Assembly: GCA_964595645.1 (NCBI GenBank)
Contig: CAZQQT010000001.1
Location: 64,001-128,000, forward strand
Length of the DNA: 64,000 nt
DNA from: an uncultured Thermococci archaeon
GTDB taxonomy: Archaea; Methanobacteriota_B; Thermococci; Methanofastidiosales; B48-G16
Direction: 5' to 3'
The notes under the pieces were generated by a model. That model made no database searches. It had not been told where the DNA came from and saw nothing but the letters and a program-made list of their open reading frames with translations. Of this stretch, positions 8,579 to 18,899 are shown in pieces. How positions within the stretch are numbered: the stretch's first letter is position 1; each line of letters opens with the position of its first letter. Made by a program: the position numbers and the translations under genes.

Positions 8579-10846
8579 ATGGTTGAAGAAATATCCCTTG
8601 ATGCGGACGACGAGGTCCTCAAGGAGCTCAGTCAAAAACTCGGTATAGGATTGAATTTGGAAGAAATGCATTGGGTACGGGACTATTTCGATTCTGAAGG
8701 GAGAAATCCTCGCGATATTGAGCTTCAGGCTGTTGGACAGGCGTGGAGTGAACACTGCTCGTATAAGTCATCAAAACCCATACTACGGAAGTTTATTTTC
8801 GGTATAGAAGCAGAACAAAATCTAAAGGTTATTGAGGAGGATGCAGGTGTTGTGGAGTTTGATGATGACTACGCGTACGTTGTTGCACTCGAAAGTCACA
8901 ATCATCCCTCAGCAATAGAACCCTACGGGGGAGCGGCCACGGGAATCGGAGGGATTCTTCGGGACGTTGTCTGTATGGGCGCGCAACCGGTAGCCCTGGT
9001 TGATCCGTTGTTTTTTGGCAGCCTCAATTTTGAGTACAAAAATCTTCCCCAAGGAGTGAAACATCCACAGTTTATTCGTGATGGTGTCATCGCTGGAATC
9101 CGTGACTACGGAAATAGAGTTGGCATTCCCACCGTTGCAGGAATGATATATCACGATAACTCGTATCTCACAAACTGTCTTGTGAACGTTGGCTGTGTGG
9201 GTATTGTTGAGAAGGATCACATCACGAGCAGCCGAATCTCCAAAGATACGGGAGAAACAGGGGACGTGTTTCTCTTACTGGGAGGCCGAACAGGACGAGA
9301 TGGTATCCATGGCGTCACCTTCGCCTCCACAGAACTCAAAGAAGAATCGGAAAAGGAAGATAGGAGCGCCGTTCAGGTAGGAAATCCGATTATCAAGGAG
9401 CCATTGATACACGTCTGCCTTGAGGCTGTGGAGAGGAACCTGATTAAAGCGATGAAAGACCTCGGCGGAGGTGGATTGAGCTGCTGTGTTGACGAGATGG
9501 CATATCCACACTTTGGCGCTGAAGTCACCTTGGACAAAGTGTTCCTGAAAGAGGAAGATATGGAGCCATGGGAGATATGGATTTCAGAGTCGCAAGAACG
9601 AATGATGATGCTCGTGGACAACGAGAATGTCAATGAGATCATTGATATCTGCGAGCTCTGGGATATTGAGTACGGTATCATCGGTGAGCTCACGGAAGAT
9701 AAACGGATAAAGGTTACCTACCATGGAGAACAGATTCTCGACATGGACATTGGGTTTCTCGTGGAGCCGCCGGAATATGATAGACCATACACGATACGAG
9801 AAATAGAGGAACAGGAAGAGGAAACAGAGGAGCCGCAGTATGAAGAAACGATCCTTGAACTTCTGAGCTCCCAAAATATACGGCGGAAGGACCTTGCGAT
9901 ACAGCAGTACGATCACGAGGTGAGGGCGTGTACAGTGACCAAACCGCTCCAAGGAAAAATTGAATCGCCTACCCATTCCGATTCCGTCGTTATGAAACCT
10001 CTCCCTACTAGATGGCAAGGAATAGCTCTGGCCACGGACAGTCATCCCTCCCTCATGAAGAAAAGCCCTTACTGGGGAGCACGGTACATTGTGGACGAAG
10101 TCTGTAGGAACATTATCGCATCGGGAGCCCGACCCCACTCCTTCGCGGACTGCCTAAACTTCGGCAACCCGGAGAAAGAGGAGCGGATGGGCGAGTTCTA
10201 CGAGGCCTGCCGAGGTCTCGGTGAGTATGCAAAGGCACTGGGCATTCCCTTTGTGTCCGGCAACGTGTCCTTCTACAATGAGAGTGAGTACTACAGTGTG
10301 ACGCCCACCCCTGTCGTTCTTGGTATAGGTATCATCGATGACATCAGAAAGAGTATCACTACAGATTTCAAGAGTAATGGCGATCTGATCATCCTCATCG
10401 GGGATCTGAAAAAAGAGATGGCAGGTTCCGCCTACTACAACCTTCAGGGGTATGAGTTTGGGCATATGCCCAAATGTGATCCAGAGAAGCTCAAGAAGAA
10501 AATGAATGCGCTACTGGAAGCAAAAAATTTCATTGAGGCATGCCACGACGTGAGTTCGGGGGGTCTGGCTGTGACTGTGTGCGAGATGATGGTGGGGGGA
10601 GATATCGGCGCATCTCTCGATCTGAGCGGGATCTCTATGAGAACAGATTATTCACTGTTCTCCGAGCCATCATGTTTTGTCTGTGAGATACAGAAAAAGC
10701 ATTTTAATGAGTTTGTAAAAATAATGGAGAACCACAACGTCAGTTACCACGAAATAGGCAAGGTGTCTGGAGAAGCACTGGAAATTGTAGACAAAGACAA
10801 AAAAATAATGCTTCCGCTTTCCAAAATAAAGGAGGCGTTTTTATGA
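8579..10846 (+). CDS. purL: FGAM synthase subunit PurL
   Basis: WSEHCSYKSS, ESHNHPS, GGAATGIGGILRD, DLGGGG, SESQERM, DCLNFGNPE. Confidence 0.97.
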   Translation: MVEEISLDADDEVLKELSQKLGIGLNLEEMHWVRDYFDSEGRNPRDIELQAVGQAWSEHCSYKSSKPILRKFIFGIEAEQNLKVIEEDAGVVEFDDDYAYVVALESHNHPSAIEPYGGAATGIGGILRDVVCMGAQPVALVDPLFFGSLNFEYKNLPQGVKHPQFIRDGVIAGIRDYGNRVGIPTVAGMIYHDNSYLTNCLVNVGCVGIVEKDHITSSRISKDTGETGDVFLLLGGRTGRDGIHGVTFASTELKEESEKEDRSAVQVGNPIIKEPLIHVCLEAVERNLIKAMKDLGGGGLSCCVDEMAYPHFGAEVTLDKVFLKEEDMEPWEIWISESQERMMMLVDNENVNEIIDICELWDIEYGIIGELTEDKRIKVTYHGEQILDMDIGFLVEPPEYDRPYTIREIEEQEEETEEPQYEETILELLSSQNIRRKDLAIQQYDHEVRACTVTKPLQGKIESPTHSDSVVMKPLPTRWQGIALATDSHPSLMKKSPYWGARYIVDEVCRNIIASGARPHSFADCLNFGNPEKEERMGEFYEACRGLGEYAKALGIPFVSGNVSFYNESEYYSVTPTPVVLGIGIIDDIRKSITTDFKSNGDLIILIGDLKKEMAGSAYYNLQGYEFGHMPKCDPEKLKKKMNALLEAKNFIEACHDVSSGGLAVTVCEMMVGGDIGASLDLSGISMRTDYSLFSEPSCFVCEIQKKHFNEFVKIMENHNVSYHEIGKVSGEALEIVDKDKKIMLPLSKIKEAFL

Positions 10847-11619
10847 TTGCAATTCTTCGAATGGAAGGCACCAATAACGAACAAGAGATATACAACTCCT
10901 TTGCAGCGTTAGACTGTTCTGTGGAGATGGTTCACCTGAAGCAGTTCACTGGGGAAGCAAGAAAAGAGTTGTGTCGAAATATTTTTGACTATGAAGGGAT
11001 CATGATTCCCGGTGGATTTTCTGTGGGCGACTACGTGAGGGCAGGTGCGATCTTCGGTGCCAGACTCAAGAAGATCCAGGAAGATCTTGAGGAGTTTGTG
11101 AAGGATGGGAGGATCATTGGGGGCATCTGCAACGGATTCCAGGTACTCACTGAAGTGGGACTGTTGCCCGGAAACGATGATATCATTGTCCCCAAACCAC
11201 AGATTTCACTGGCAGTGAACGATTCCGGCCGATTTGAGTGTAGACATATTTTTTTAAAGCATGAAAATCCATGTCATTTCACAGAAAAGTACAAGAAAAA
11301 TGAGATCCTACAGGTTCCAATTGCCCATGCGGAGGGAAAGTTTATCACATCTCAGCGAATCCTCGACGCACTCAACGAGAACAACCAAATAATATTCAAG
11401 TATGTCAATAGATCCGGAGAGTACACAGGGTATCCCTCGAATCCCAATGGTTCAATGGAGAATATTGCAGGGATATCCAACCCGGAAGGTAATGTATTTG
11501 GGATGATGCCGCATCCCGAACGAATATTCTACCCCTATCTCCACCAGGAGAAAAAGACAGCTGGAGATGGGAGACGATTTTTTGAGAGTATTGTAGCATA
11601 TATAAGGAGGAGAGGATAA
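10843..11619 (+). CDS. purQ: FGAM synthase glutaminase subunit PurQ
   Basis: PGGFSVGDY, GICNGFQ, PIAHAEG, GMMPHPER. Confidence 0.97.
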   Translation: MIAILRMEGTNNEQEIYNSFAALDCSVEMVHLKQFTGEARKELCRNIFDYEGIMIPGGFSVGDYVRAGAIFGARLKKIQEDLEEFVKDGRIIGGICNGFQVLTEVGLLPGNDDIIVPKPQISLAVNDSGRFECRHIFLKHENPCHFTEKYKKNEILQVPIAHAEGKFITSQRILDALNENNQIIFKYVNRSGEYTGYPSNPNGSMENIAGISNPEGNVFGMMPHPERIFYPYLHQEKKTAGDGRRFFESIVAYIRRRG

Positions 11620-12980
11620 TGTGTGGTATTATAGGAATTAAAGACAAAGATGTGTCGTATTCCATATGTAGGGGCTTAAACGTGATTCAACATCGTGGAC
11701 AGTCCTCATGTGGAATAATAACGGAGTATAATGGAAAATACTATATGAAAAAGGACGAAGGACTTGTCAATAATGTTTTCGATCAGCAAAGTCTCGTTGA
11801 TCTTCTCGGTGATGTCGGTCTAGGGCATGTGAGGTATCCTACAGTGGGTACCGATCCGAAAAAGAATGCCCAGCCCTTTTTCACACTCGATCCACGAATT
11901 GCAATGGTCCACAACGGGAATGTGTCCAACTACTACCAGTTAAAAGAGGAGCTTCTACAAAACGGACGAAAGATTGAGACTGGATGTGATGTGGAGGTGA
12001 TACTCCACTGTCTGGCCGAGGAACTCAAAGAAACGAAGGATATTGAGGACGCGGTCTATAATGTAATGGAGCGGGTAGAGGGATCCTACTCATGTTTGGC
12101 ACTGGTCGGTGATACACTTGTTGCATTCCGCGATCCCTACGCGATACGTCCCTTCGTATATGGAGAGAACGGTTCCTCGTACACCTTTGCCTCAGAGTCT
12201 TCTGCATTAGATCTCATGGGGTACACACTGAAACGCGATCTGAAGCCGGGTGAGCTCGTCATTGCGGACGATGGCGTTGAGAGTACTGTGGTAAACAATA
12301 AGGGACGGAGACACTGCATGTTTGAGTATGTATATTTTTCACGCCCTGATTCTGTCATAGAGGGAAAAACAGTCTATAACGTTCGGTTGAAACTCGGAGA
12401 AAACATTGATTTCGATAAAGATGCTGACATTGTCATTCCCGTTCCTGACACGGCACGACCTGCCGCCCTTGGTTTTTCGAAAAAGCATGGCATCGAGTAT
12501 AAGGAGGGACTGTTAAAGAATAGGTACACGGGAAGAACATTCATCATGCCAACACAGAAAAAGAGAGAGAAGGCAGTAAAACGAAATTTAAACTGTATAA
12601 AAAGTGTTATCAAAGATAAAAAAGTTGTTGTCTTCGATGATTCGATTGTACGGGGGACGACGTCAACACGAATTGTGACATTACTGCGGAGTGTAGGAGC
12701 CGAGGAGGTACATTTTGTTTCCTCATGTCCCAAGATTCTCTATCCCTGTTTCTACGGTATTGATTTCCCCTCGAAGGAGGAACTCATCGCGAGAAGAGAT
12801 TACAAAGAGGTGATCGGTGCAGATTCGGTTACCTACCCGAGTATTGACGGACTAAAAAAGGCGATAGGAACAAAAAATCTCTGTATGGCATGTCTCGATG
12901 GCGATTACATAATAGAACCGAGAGAAACATTTGCCACGAAGCGGCGAGAAGAGCGGGAGGAAATGGAGGTGGTACAGTGA
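11619..12980 (+). CDS. purF: Amidophosphoribosyltransferase
   Basis: N-terminal MCGIIG, QHRGQ, GHVRYPT, CMFEYVYFSRPDS, DDSIVRGTT. Confidence 0.97.
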   Translation: MCGIIGIKDKDVSYSICRGLNVIQHRGQSSCGIITEYNGKYYMKKDEGLVNNVFDQQSLVDLLGDVGLGHVRYPTVGTDPKKNAQPFFTLDPRIAMVHNGNVSNYYQLKEELLQNGRKIETGCDVEVILHCLAEELKETKDIEDAVYNVMERVEGSYSCLALVGDTLVAFRDPYAIRPFVYGENGSSYTFASESSALDLMGYTLKRDLKPGELVIADDGVESTVVNNKGRRHCMFEYVYFSRPDSVIEGKTVYNVRLKLGENIDFDKDADIVIPVPDTARPAALGFSKKHGIEYKEGLLKNRYTGRTFIMPTQKKREKAVKRNLNCIKSVIKDKKVVVFDDSIVRGTTSTRIVTLLRSVGAEEVHFVSSCPKILYPCFYGIDFPSKEELIARRDYKEVIGADSVTYPSIDGLKKAIGTKNLCMACLDGDYIIEPRETFATKRREEREEMEVVQ

Positions 12981-14254
12981 AAGTTCTCCTTATCGGGCAC
13001 GGCGCCCGGGAGCACTGCATTGCAGAAGCGCTGGACTGCGAGCTCTACAGCTTTATGAAGAACAGGAATCCCGGTATCATGGAGCTTTCCGAAGAGGCTG
13101 TAATCTCGGAGCTCAACCTTGAAAAACTCGGAAAGTTTGCCAAACGGGTAAATCCAGACTTTGCGGTAATAGGGCCAGAAGGACCACTGGAGAAGGGGGT
13201 GGTTGATCATTTACGATCCCTCGATATCGCATGTTTCGGGCCTCCAAAGCAACTCGCACGCATAGAAACGAGCAAAGCGTTCACTAGGGAACTGATGGAG
13301 AAATATAACATACCTGGTACTCCCGAGTTCAGAGTATTCGAGAGCATGGACGGTATGAAAGCGTACATGAAGGACCTCGACGATTTTGTGGTAAAACCGG
13401 ATGGACTCACCGGTGGAAAGGGCGTGAAGGTGCTTGGAGAACATCTCGACGGCATCGAGGACTCGTTGGCCTACGCAGAGAAAGTGCTGACTAACCACGA
13501 CTCTGTGATTGTAGAAGAACGGCTGGATGGAGAGGAGTTCTCACTTCAGTGTATCGCCGATGGAAAGCATCTCGCCACCACTGTCCCAGCACAGGACCAT
13601 AAGAGAGCATACGAAGGCGACGAAGGACCCAATACAGGTGGAATGGGATCATATTCTATGGAGGATCATCTTCTTCCATTTTTAGAGAAAAAAGACATTG
13701 AAAAAGCAAGAGAAATAACGACCAAGGTAATGGACGCGTTGTATAAAGAAACAGGAGAGTACTACATTGGGATTCTATACGGCGGATTTATTCTCACGAA
13801 AGACGGTGTGAAACTTCTGGAATACAACGCTCGACTGGGTGATCCCGAAGCCATGAACGTCCTCCCCATACTGAAGAATGATTTTGCAGAGGTGTGTGAG
13901 TCTGCGATTCATCAAAAATTAACAGGAATGGAGTTTGAGAAGAAGGCTACCGTCTGTAAGTACGTTGTTCCTAAGGGTTACCCCACAAACCCAATACCGG
14001 GTAAACTCGAAATTCCTGAGAGGGATGCTCGGCTGTACTACGCCTCAGTGGATCTTCGAGAGGACGGCCTCCACATGACAACTTCACGGGCCGCTGCCTT
14101 CGTCGGTATCGCTGACACAATCACAGAGGCTGAAACCATCGCGCAAGACGCCGTGGAGAAGGTAAAGGGGAACATACGGTACAGGAGTGATATCGGTACC
14201 CAGGAACTGCTACAGCGGCGGATAGATCATATGAAGGGGGTAAGGGGAAAATAA
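12977..14254 (+). CDS. purD: Phosphoribosylamine-glycine ligase
   Basis: KVLLIGHGAREH, VKPDGLTGGKGV, QDHKRAYEGDEGPNTGGMGS, EYNARLGDPE; GTG start overlaps the purF stop. Confidence 0.97.
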   Translation: MKVLLIGHGAREHCIAEALDCELYSFMKNRNPGIMELSEEAVISELNLEKLGKFAKRVNPDFAVIGPEGPLEKGVVDHLRSLDIACFGPPKQLARIETSKAFTRELMEKYNIPGTPEFRVFESMDGMKAYMKDLDDFVVKPDGLTGGKGVKVLGEHLDGIEDSLAYAEKVLTNHDSVIVEERLDGEEFSLQCIADGKHLATTVPAQDHKRAYEGDEGPNTGGMGSYSMEDHLLPFLEKKDIEKAREITTKVMDALYKETGEYYIGILYGGFILTKDGVKLLEYNARLGDPEAMNVLPILKNDFAEVCESAIHQKLTGMEFEKKATVCKYVVPKGYPTNPIPGKLEIPERDARLYYASVDLREDGLHMTTSRAAAFVGIADTITEAETIAQDAVEKVKGNIRYRSDIGTQELLQRRIDHMKGVRGK

Positions 14255-14270
14255 ACATCGCTAGTGCTTT

Positions 14271-14948
14271 CTATAACTTTTTAAAGTCTTTACTCTTTAT
14301 AAAATTCCTCACTTTTTCTGATGCATTGGTGTGTAGTGGCTTGCCGTGGCCACTCAATAGGATATCAAACTCGAACTCTGCGATTTTCTCGATAGAGCGT
14401 TTTGCCTCTGTCATATTAATGGTAGGAGGACTGGGTGGCCCTCGAAGCGTTCCTCCGCTGACGCGAAGCGTGTCACCTACAAACATCATTCCCCGTTTCT
14501 CATCGTAGAGTGCAATACTGCCTGGCGTGTGTCCCGGTGTCTCTATCACACTGAATTCCCCAATTTTTCCGTTTTTTATTCTTTTATCGGGATATACAGA
14601 TCCAAATCGTAATAAAAACGAAATAATTCTGGAGAACACACTGAATCCTCGGGAAGAGGGAAGTGGTTCTTCTCCGGCGAGCGCTGCAGCATCCTTCTCG
14701 TGAATGAGTACCTCTGCACCGGTGCGCTCTTTGAGTTCTTGTACACCCCCAACATGATCCAAATGAGCATGGGTGAGTACAATCATTGAAAGTTCGGAGG
14801 GAGTCATTTCACACGAGTTTATATAGTGAAGGATCTTTTTCGCGTTCCTTGGAAGTCCTGTATCTACAAGTAGTGGATTTTCATCCATCACAAGGTAGAC
14901 ATTACCATTCACCCCGTCAACCCAGTGCACACTCTCTATAATTTCCAT
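14271..14948 (-). CDS. MBL-fold metallo-hydrolase
   Basis: THAHLDHVGG, TPGHTPGS, FVGD, LSGHG. Confidence 0.92.
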   Translation of the reverse strand: MEIIESVHWVDGVNGNVYLVMDENPLLVDTGLPRNAKKILHYINSCEMTPSELSMIVLTHAHLDHVGGVQELKERTGAEVLIHEKDAAALAGEEPLPSSRGFSVFSRIISFLLRFGSVYPDKRIKNGKIGEFSVIETPGHTPGSIALYDEKRGMMFVGDTLRVSGGTLRGPPSPPTINMTEAKRSIEKIAEFEFDILLSGHGKPLHTNASEKVRNFIKSKDFKKL

Positions 14949-14981
14949 GTCTATACTCTCTGTTCTGCTCCTTATTAACTC

Positions 14982-16478
14982 TCACTCATCGTCAGGATCG
15001 GGATCGTCGAGTGGTACCCCCGCACCGGTCGGCTCCCCAGTGATTATCTTCTCTCGCCACCATCCCTGAGCGTAAAGAACCACCGCAATCCCTGCGCCCA
15101 CGACGTTGCTCAATGCCATGCCAACGAAAATACCCCTCGCGTACATTCCAACGATAAAGGCGAAGAGATACGCCAATGGGAGCCTCAGTCCCCACAATCG
15201 GATCAGACTCAGAACCATCTGCTGTGCGGTATGTCCCGATCCGCTGAAAATTGACGATATGCCCCTGAATATTCCAAAAAACGGCATAGCGAAGGCAAAG
15301 ATCATGAGAAACTCTGCACCCATCTTGATGACTTCTGTTCTGCCCGGAATGAATATACCGATGAGGACGTTCCGGAGTAAAAATACGGCCACAGCAAATA
15401 CTGCGGTGAGTGCAAGTATTGACAGTAATCCCTTTTTCGTGACTTCATCGGCCCGTTCCTTCATATCGGCACCGAGACTCTGGCCAACCATGGTGCTCAT
15501 GGCCATGGCCAGCCCCCCAATCACGAGGAAGCTGATGGTGAGGATCCTGTTTCCAATACCATATCCTGCCGATGCTATTTCTTGGTTCGGCACTCTGTTA
15601 ATCAGTCCCCAGAGAATGATGAATCCAACAGCAGTGCCGATTCTCCCGGCTGAGGCAGGAACACCCACCGAAATAAACTTTTTGATCCGCGACAGATCTG
15701 GTGTGAGGTACGAGAGATCCAGTTCGATTCCCAGTTTCCCTGAAAAAAGAGTATACATGCCCCAGAGAGCCCCTATTCCTCGGGTGGAGATAGTGGCAAT
15801 GGCTGCACCTTGCACCCCCATTTTTGGCACAGGGCCAACTCCAAAGATCAATATCGGATCGATCACAAGGTTGAGGAGTACCGAGACAGTGGTGATCTTC
15901 ATGGGGGTAATGGTGTCCCCCCATCCTCTCAATACAAATCTGAAGGCAAAAAAGAGAAACATGAAGGGAAGACCCAGACATATAACTTGCATATACTGCG
16001 TTCCGTACTGCGTGAGGTGTGCAGCCTCTTCACCTGTCCCTGTGAGGATATCGAGGAAATATGGGATGAGAAAATACCCAGCAATCCCAATGAGAAGGGA
16101 GAAGAGTATTGCAAGAATGTAGAGCTGCCCCGCATCCCGAGATGCCTCGTCAAACTGTTTTGACCCAGTATGTTGCGAGACTAGTGCCAAGGCGGCAACA
16201 CCGAATCCCATCCCTGCAGACATCATCAGAAACACGAAGGACCATGACATGCTTACAGCACCCACTGAGTAGGTGGCTTCAGGTTGGGGGAGATGTCCGA
16301 GCCAAAAAGTATCGACAAGGTTATACAGTGTTCGAAGGAAGGTGGCAATCATTAACGGCCATCCCAGTTTAAATAGAGTGGGGATTACGTCTCCCTCGAG
16401 GATCTCTTCCTTCTCGGGACGACCCATTTTTTCTTTTAATGATACATGTATAGCTTTGAGATTCGCGGTAAGGGTCAT
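14982..16478 (-). CDS. MATE family efflux transporter
   Basis: LYNLVDTFWLG, LRGWGDTITPM, NLVIDPILIFG, GVQGAAIAT; start chosen after AGGTGG RBS. Confidence 0.92.
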   Translation of the reverse strand: MTLTANLKAIHVSLKEKMGRPEKEEILEGDVIPTLFKLGWPLMIATFLRTLYNLVDTFWLGHLPQPEATYSVGAVSMSWSFVFLMMSAGMGFGVAALALVSQHTGSKQFDEASRDAGQLYILAILFSLLIGIAGYFLIPYFLDILTGTGEEAAHLTQYGTQYMQVICLGLPFMFLFFAFRFVLRGWGDTITPMKITTVSVLLNLVIDPILIFGVGPVPKMGVQGAAIATISTRGIGALWGMYTLFSGKLGIELDLSYLTPDLSRIKKFISVGVPASAGRIGTAVGFIILWGLINRVPNQEIASAGYGIGNRILTISFLVIGGLAMAMSTMVGQSLGADMKERADEVTKKGLLSILALTAVFAVAVFLLRNVLIGIFIPGRTEVIKMGAEFLMIFAFAMPFFGIFRGISSIFSGSGHTAQQMVLSLIRLWGLRLPLAYLFAFIVGMYARGIFVGMALSNVVGAGIAVVLYAQGWWREKIITGEPTGAGVPLDDPDPDDE

Positions 16479-16619
16479 TGCTCCACCTGGGTCTCTTTCG
16501 TTGGTACCACCATGCAGTGGTATCGGGCATTTATAAAGGTTCGGTGGCACCAGATAAGAAAAGGTTTGAACGTTATAAAAAGATTTATATACCGTATTTC
16601 AAAGAAGGGAAAGAGAAAA

Positions 16620-17816
16620 ATGGGAGAGAAAGAGGAAAACATTTCGTACCCATATGAATTTGACGAAGAAAAAAGAAGAAAAGCACGAGTATACTCCACT
16701 CAAAAGCTCTACACAGGACTAATTCAGAGGACGGTTATCCCCCTCGTTATTCTCCTCGTGTTTCATTTTGCATCTATCTCAAAGAAATTAGAAACTTTCG
16801 TGTTCAGCGTCATATCGGGGAGCATGATAGACTACTACTGGATCGGTGCAGCAATATTCATCCTCCTCTTACTTTCCATCCTGTTTCTTGTCGGATTGCC
16901 GATCGCTTACTATTCAGGATATCTCCTCGAACATCGGTATGATCTAAGCAACCAAACATTTGGTGAGTGGGGAAAGGATCAGATAAAATCCCTTGTACTA
17001 TCGCTCGCACTCGCTACGCCGCTGATACTCAGTGTCTTCTACCTGGGCGATACCCATCCAACGATGTGGTGGTTGTATACCGGTGTAGGATTTTTTATTA
17101 TCACAGGAGTGTTTATGAACATTTATCATATCGTGATACTCCCTCTCTTCTTCACTACTGATGAGCTGGAGGACGAGGATTTACGTCAGCGTCTTCTCAC
17201 CATCGCCGAAGAAAGCAACGTCCCGACGGTAGAAAAAATAATAGAGATCAAGGCGAGCGAAAAAACTGAGGGAGCAAACGCGATGTTCGGGGGCATGGGG
17301 AGAACAAAAAGGATCTTTCTTTACGATACTCTCCTCGAAAAATTCCACAAAAAAGAAATAGAAGGCGTTGTCGCTCACGAAATGGGCCATTACGTGAACA
17401 AAGATATACTGCGCTTCATTGTGCTCGAAGGCATAGAAATTTTCCCTATACTTTATATTACAAGAGTACTGTTTACCCGTTGGGGCAGTTTTGACAGTAT
17501 CGCATATCTCCCCCTTTTCATGATGATTCTCTTTGGCCTGTACAGCGTGGCCAGTCCTCTCTCCTTGGCGTACAGTAGACATAGAGAGCGAATGGCGGAT
17601 GTATTTGCACTCAATGTTGTCGGTGAGTCGAAACCGATGATCTCTGTGTTCAAGCGTCTCTCAGATATTGATTTAATTGAGACGGATCCACCTCGCATTG
17701 TTGAGATACTCTTCTACTCTCATCCCTCGCCGAAGAAAAGAATCGCCATGGCAGAGCAATATTTCACTGATTCAGAGCAATCACAGCCATCCGAACCTCA
17801 TATCCTACGAAAATGA
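16620..17816 (+). CDS. M48 (Ste24-like) membrane zinc protease
   Basis: ANAMFGGMGRTKRIFLYDTLL, HEMGH, SRHRERMAD, YSHP; multi-TM. Confidence 0.92.
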   Translation: MGEKEENISYPYEFDEEKRRKARVYSTQKLYTGLIQRTVIPLVILLVFHFASISKKLETFVFSVISGSMIDYYWIGAAIFILLLLSILFLVGLPIAYYSGYLLEHRYDLSNQTFGEWGKDQIKSLVLSLALATPLILSVFYLGDTHPTMWWLYTGVGFFIITGVFMNIYHIVILPLFFTTDELEDEDLRQRLLTIAEESNVPTVEKIIEIKASEKTEGANAMFGGMGRTKRIFLYDTLLEKFHKKEIEGVVAHEMGHYVNKDILRFIVLEGIEIFPILYITRVLFTRWGSFDSIAYLPLFMMILFGLYSVASPLSLAYSRHRERMADVFALNVVGESKPMISVFKRLSDIDLIETDPPRIVEILFYSHPSPKKRIAMAEQYFTDSEQSQPSEPHILRK

Positions 17817-17861
17817 GACACAGTATGAAAAAAAGCTGTGAACATGATGTTCAAAATTTCT

Positions 17862-18335
17862 TTATTTCTCTTGAAGATCCAACCAGTAGAGTACTACTGT
17901 TTCAGCATCTGAGAAGAGAGGCCCTATGTCAGTAATCAACGTAAATCCATGTTTTTCATAGAGGGCTCTCGCAGCTCTATTTTCTTTGGCTACAAAAAGG
18001 AATATCTTTCTAGGAGTAATATCAAATTTTTTAAAACGTTTCTTGACCGATTGAATAGTATGTGTCACCAGTGCAGATCCGATTCCCTTTCCTCTGTAGG
18101 CTTCTGCAACATGAACTTCCTCAATCTCCACGACTCCTGCCTTCGGATCCTCCTTCATATGCTACTGCAACACACCGACGATAGTACCTTGGTGTTTCGC
18201 GATAAGAGTAACATTATGGGAGGTATAGCACATTACCCGCTGTTCAATAAGTTTGTTTATTTCATAATGTTTAAAATAGTCAAATAGTTGATTTCTATCT
18301 TTTTCCGTTGCTGTCGTTACCGTTATGTTCCTCAT
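17862..18335 (-). pseudogene. GNAT acetyltransferase interrupted by an in-frame TAG
   Basis: Continuous frame MRNITV...IVGVLQ*HMKEDPKAGVVEIEEVHVAEAYRGKGIG; TAG at 18162-18164. Confidence 0.75.
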
Positions 18336-18447
18336 AATCCCAACAACCATCACTATGATTAAATACTTTTTGAAAATACGCACTGACTTCATACATAGAA
18401 ATATTTAAATAGAGACTCCGTTCTAAAGAATAGAAAAGGTGTTTTTA

Positions 18448-18792
18448 ATGGCAGAAAAAAAGATAATAGCGTTTTGTGGATTGCTCTGTAATGAATGTCC
18501 TGCTTTCATCGCGAAAAGAACAGACGACGATGAATTGCGGGAAAAAACTGCAGAGCGATGGTCGACAGAAGAATTTCCTCTTGAACCAGAGGATATTAAC
18601 TGTGATGGATGTGTGCACGGAGAAGAAATACTCACATTCTGTACCGTGTGCGGAGTACGGAGATGTGGAGTGGAACGGGGCGTTGAGAACTGTGCGTACT
18701 GTGTAGAGTATCCATGTAAAAAACTTGAGAACCCGTGGAGTCACAATCCTGAAGCAAAAGAACGGTTGGATGCAATACGGAAAGGATGCTGA
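18448..18792 (+). CDS. DUF3795 Cys-rich protein
   Basis: AFCGLLCNEC, CDGC, CTVCGVRRC, NCAYCVEYPC. Confidence 0.85.
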   Translation: MAEKKIIAFCGLLCNECPAFIAKRTDDDELREKTAERWSTEEFPLEPEDINCDGCVHGEEILTFCTVCGVRRCGVERGVENCAYCVEYPCKKLENPWSHNPEAKERLDAIRKGC

Positions 18793-18899
18793 TACTACGA
18801 GAACGCTAGAAAAAAAATGATAAAACTAGACGATTTGAAGAGAGGAAACAATGAGTGATAAAAGAAAAAGATATACGGATAAGGACGCGTCTATGTAAT

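Noticed and set aside
12890-12976. N-terminal extension of PurD in the ORF track
   Set aside because: Overlaps purF; the real start is GTG 12977 after a GGAGGTGG RBS
15106-16122. 338-aa plus-strand ORF
   Set aside because: Antisense shadow of the MATE gene; no motifs
17838-17854. Inverted repeat TGAACAT-G-ATGTTCA
   Set aside because: Lies between convergent gene ends and has different spacing from the 34403 palindrome; no supportable role
18162-18164. Genome-wide TAG recoding
   Set aside because: TAG ends several clearly complete genes here (stops at 966, 7396, 8144, 14271); no pyl genes in the window
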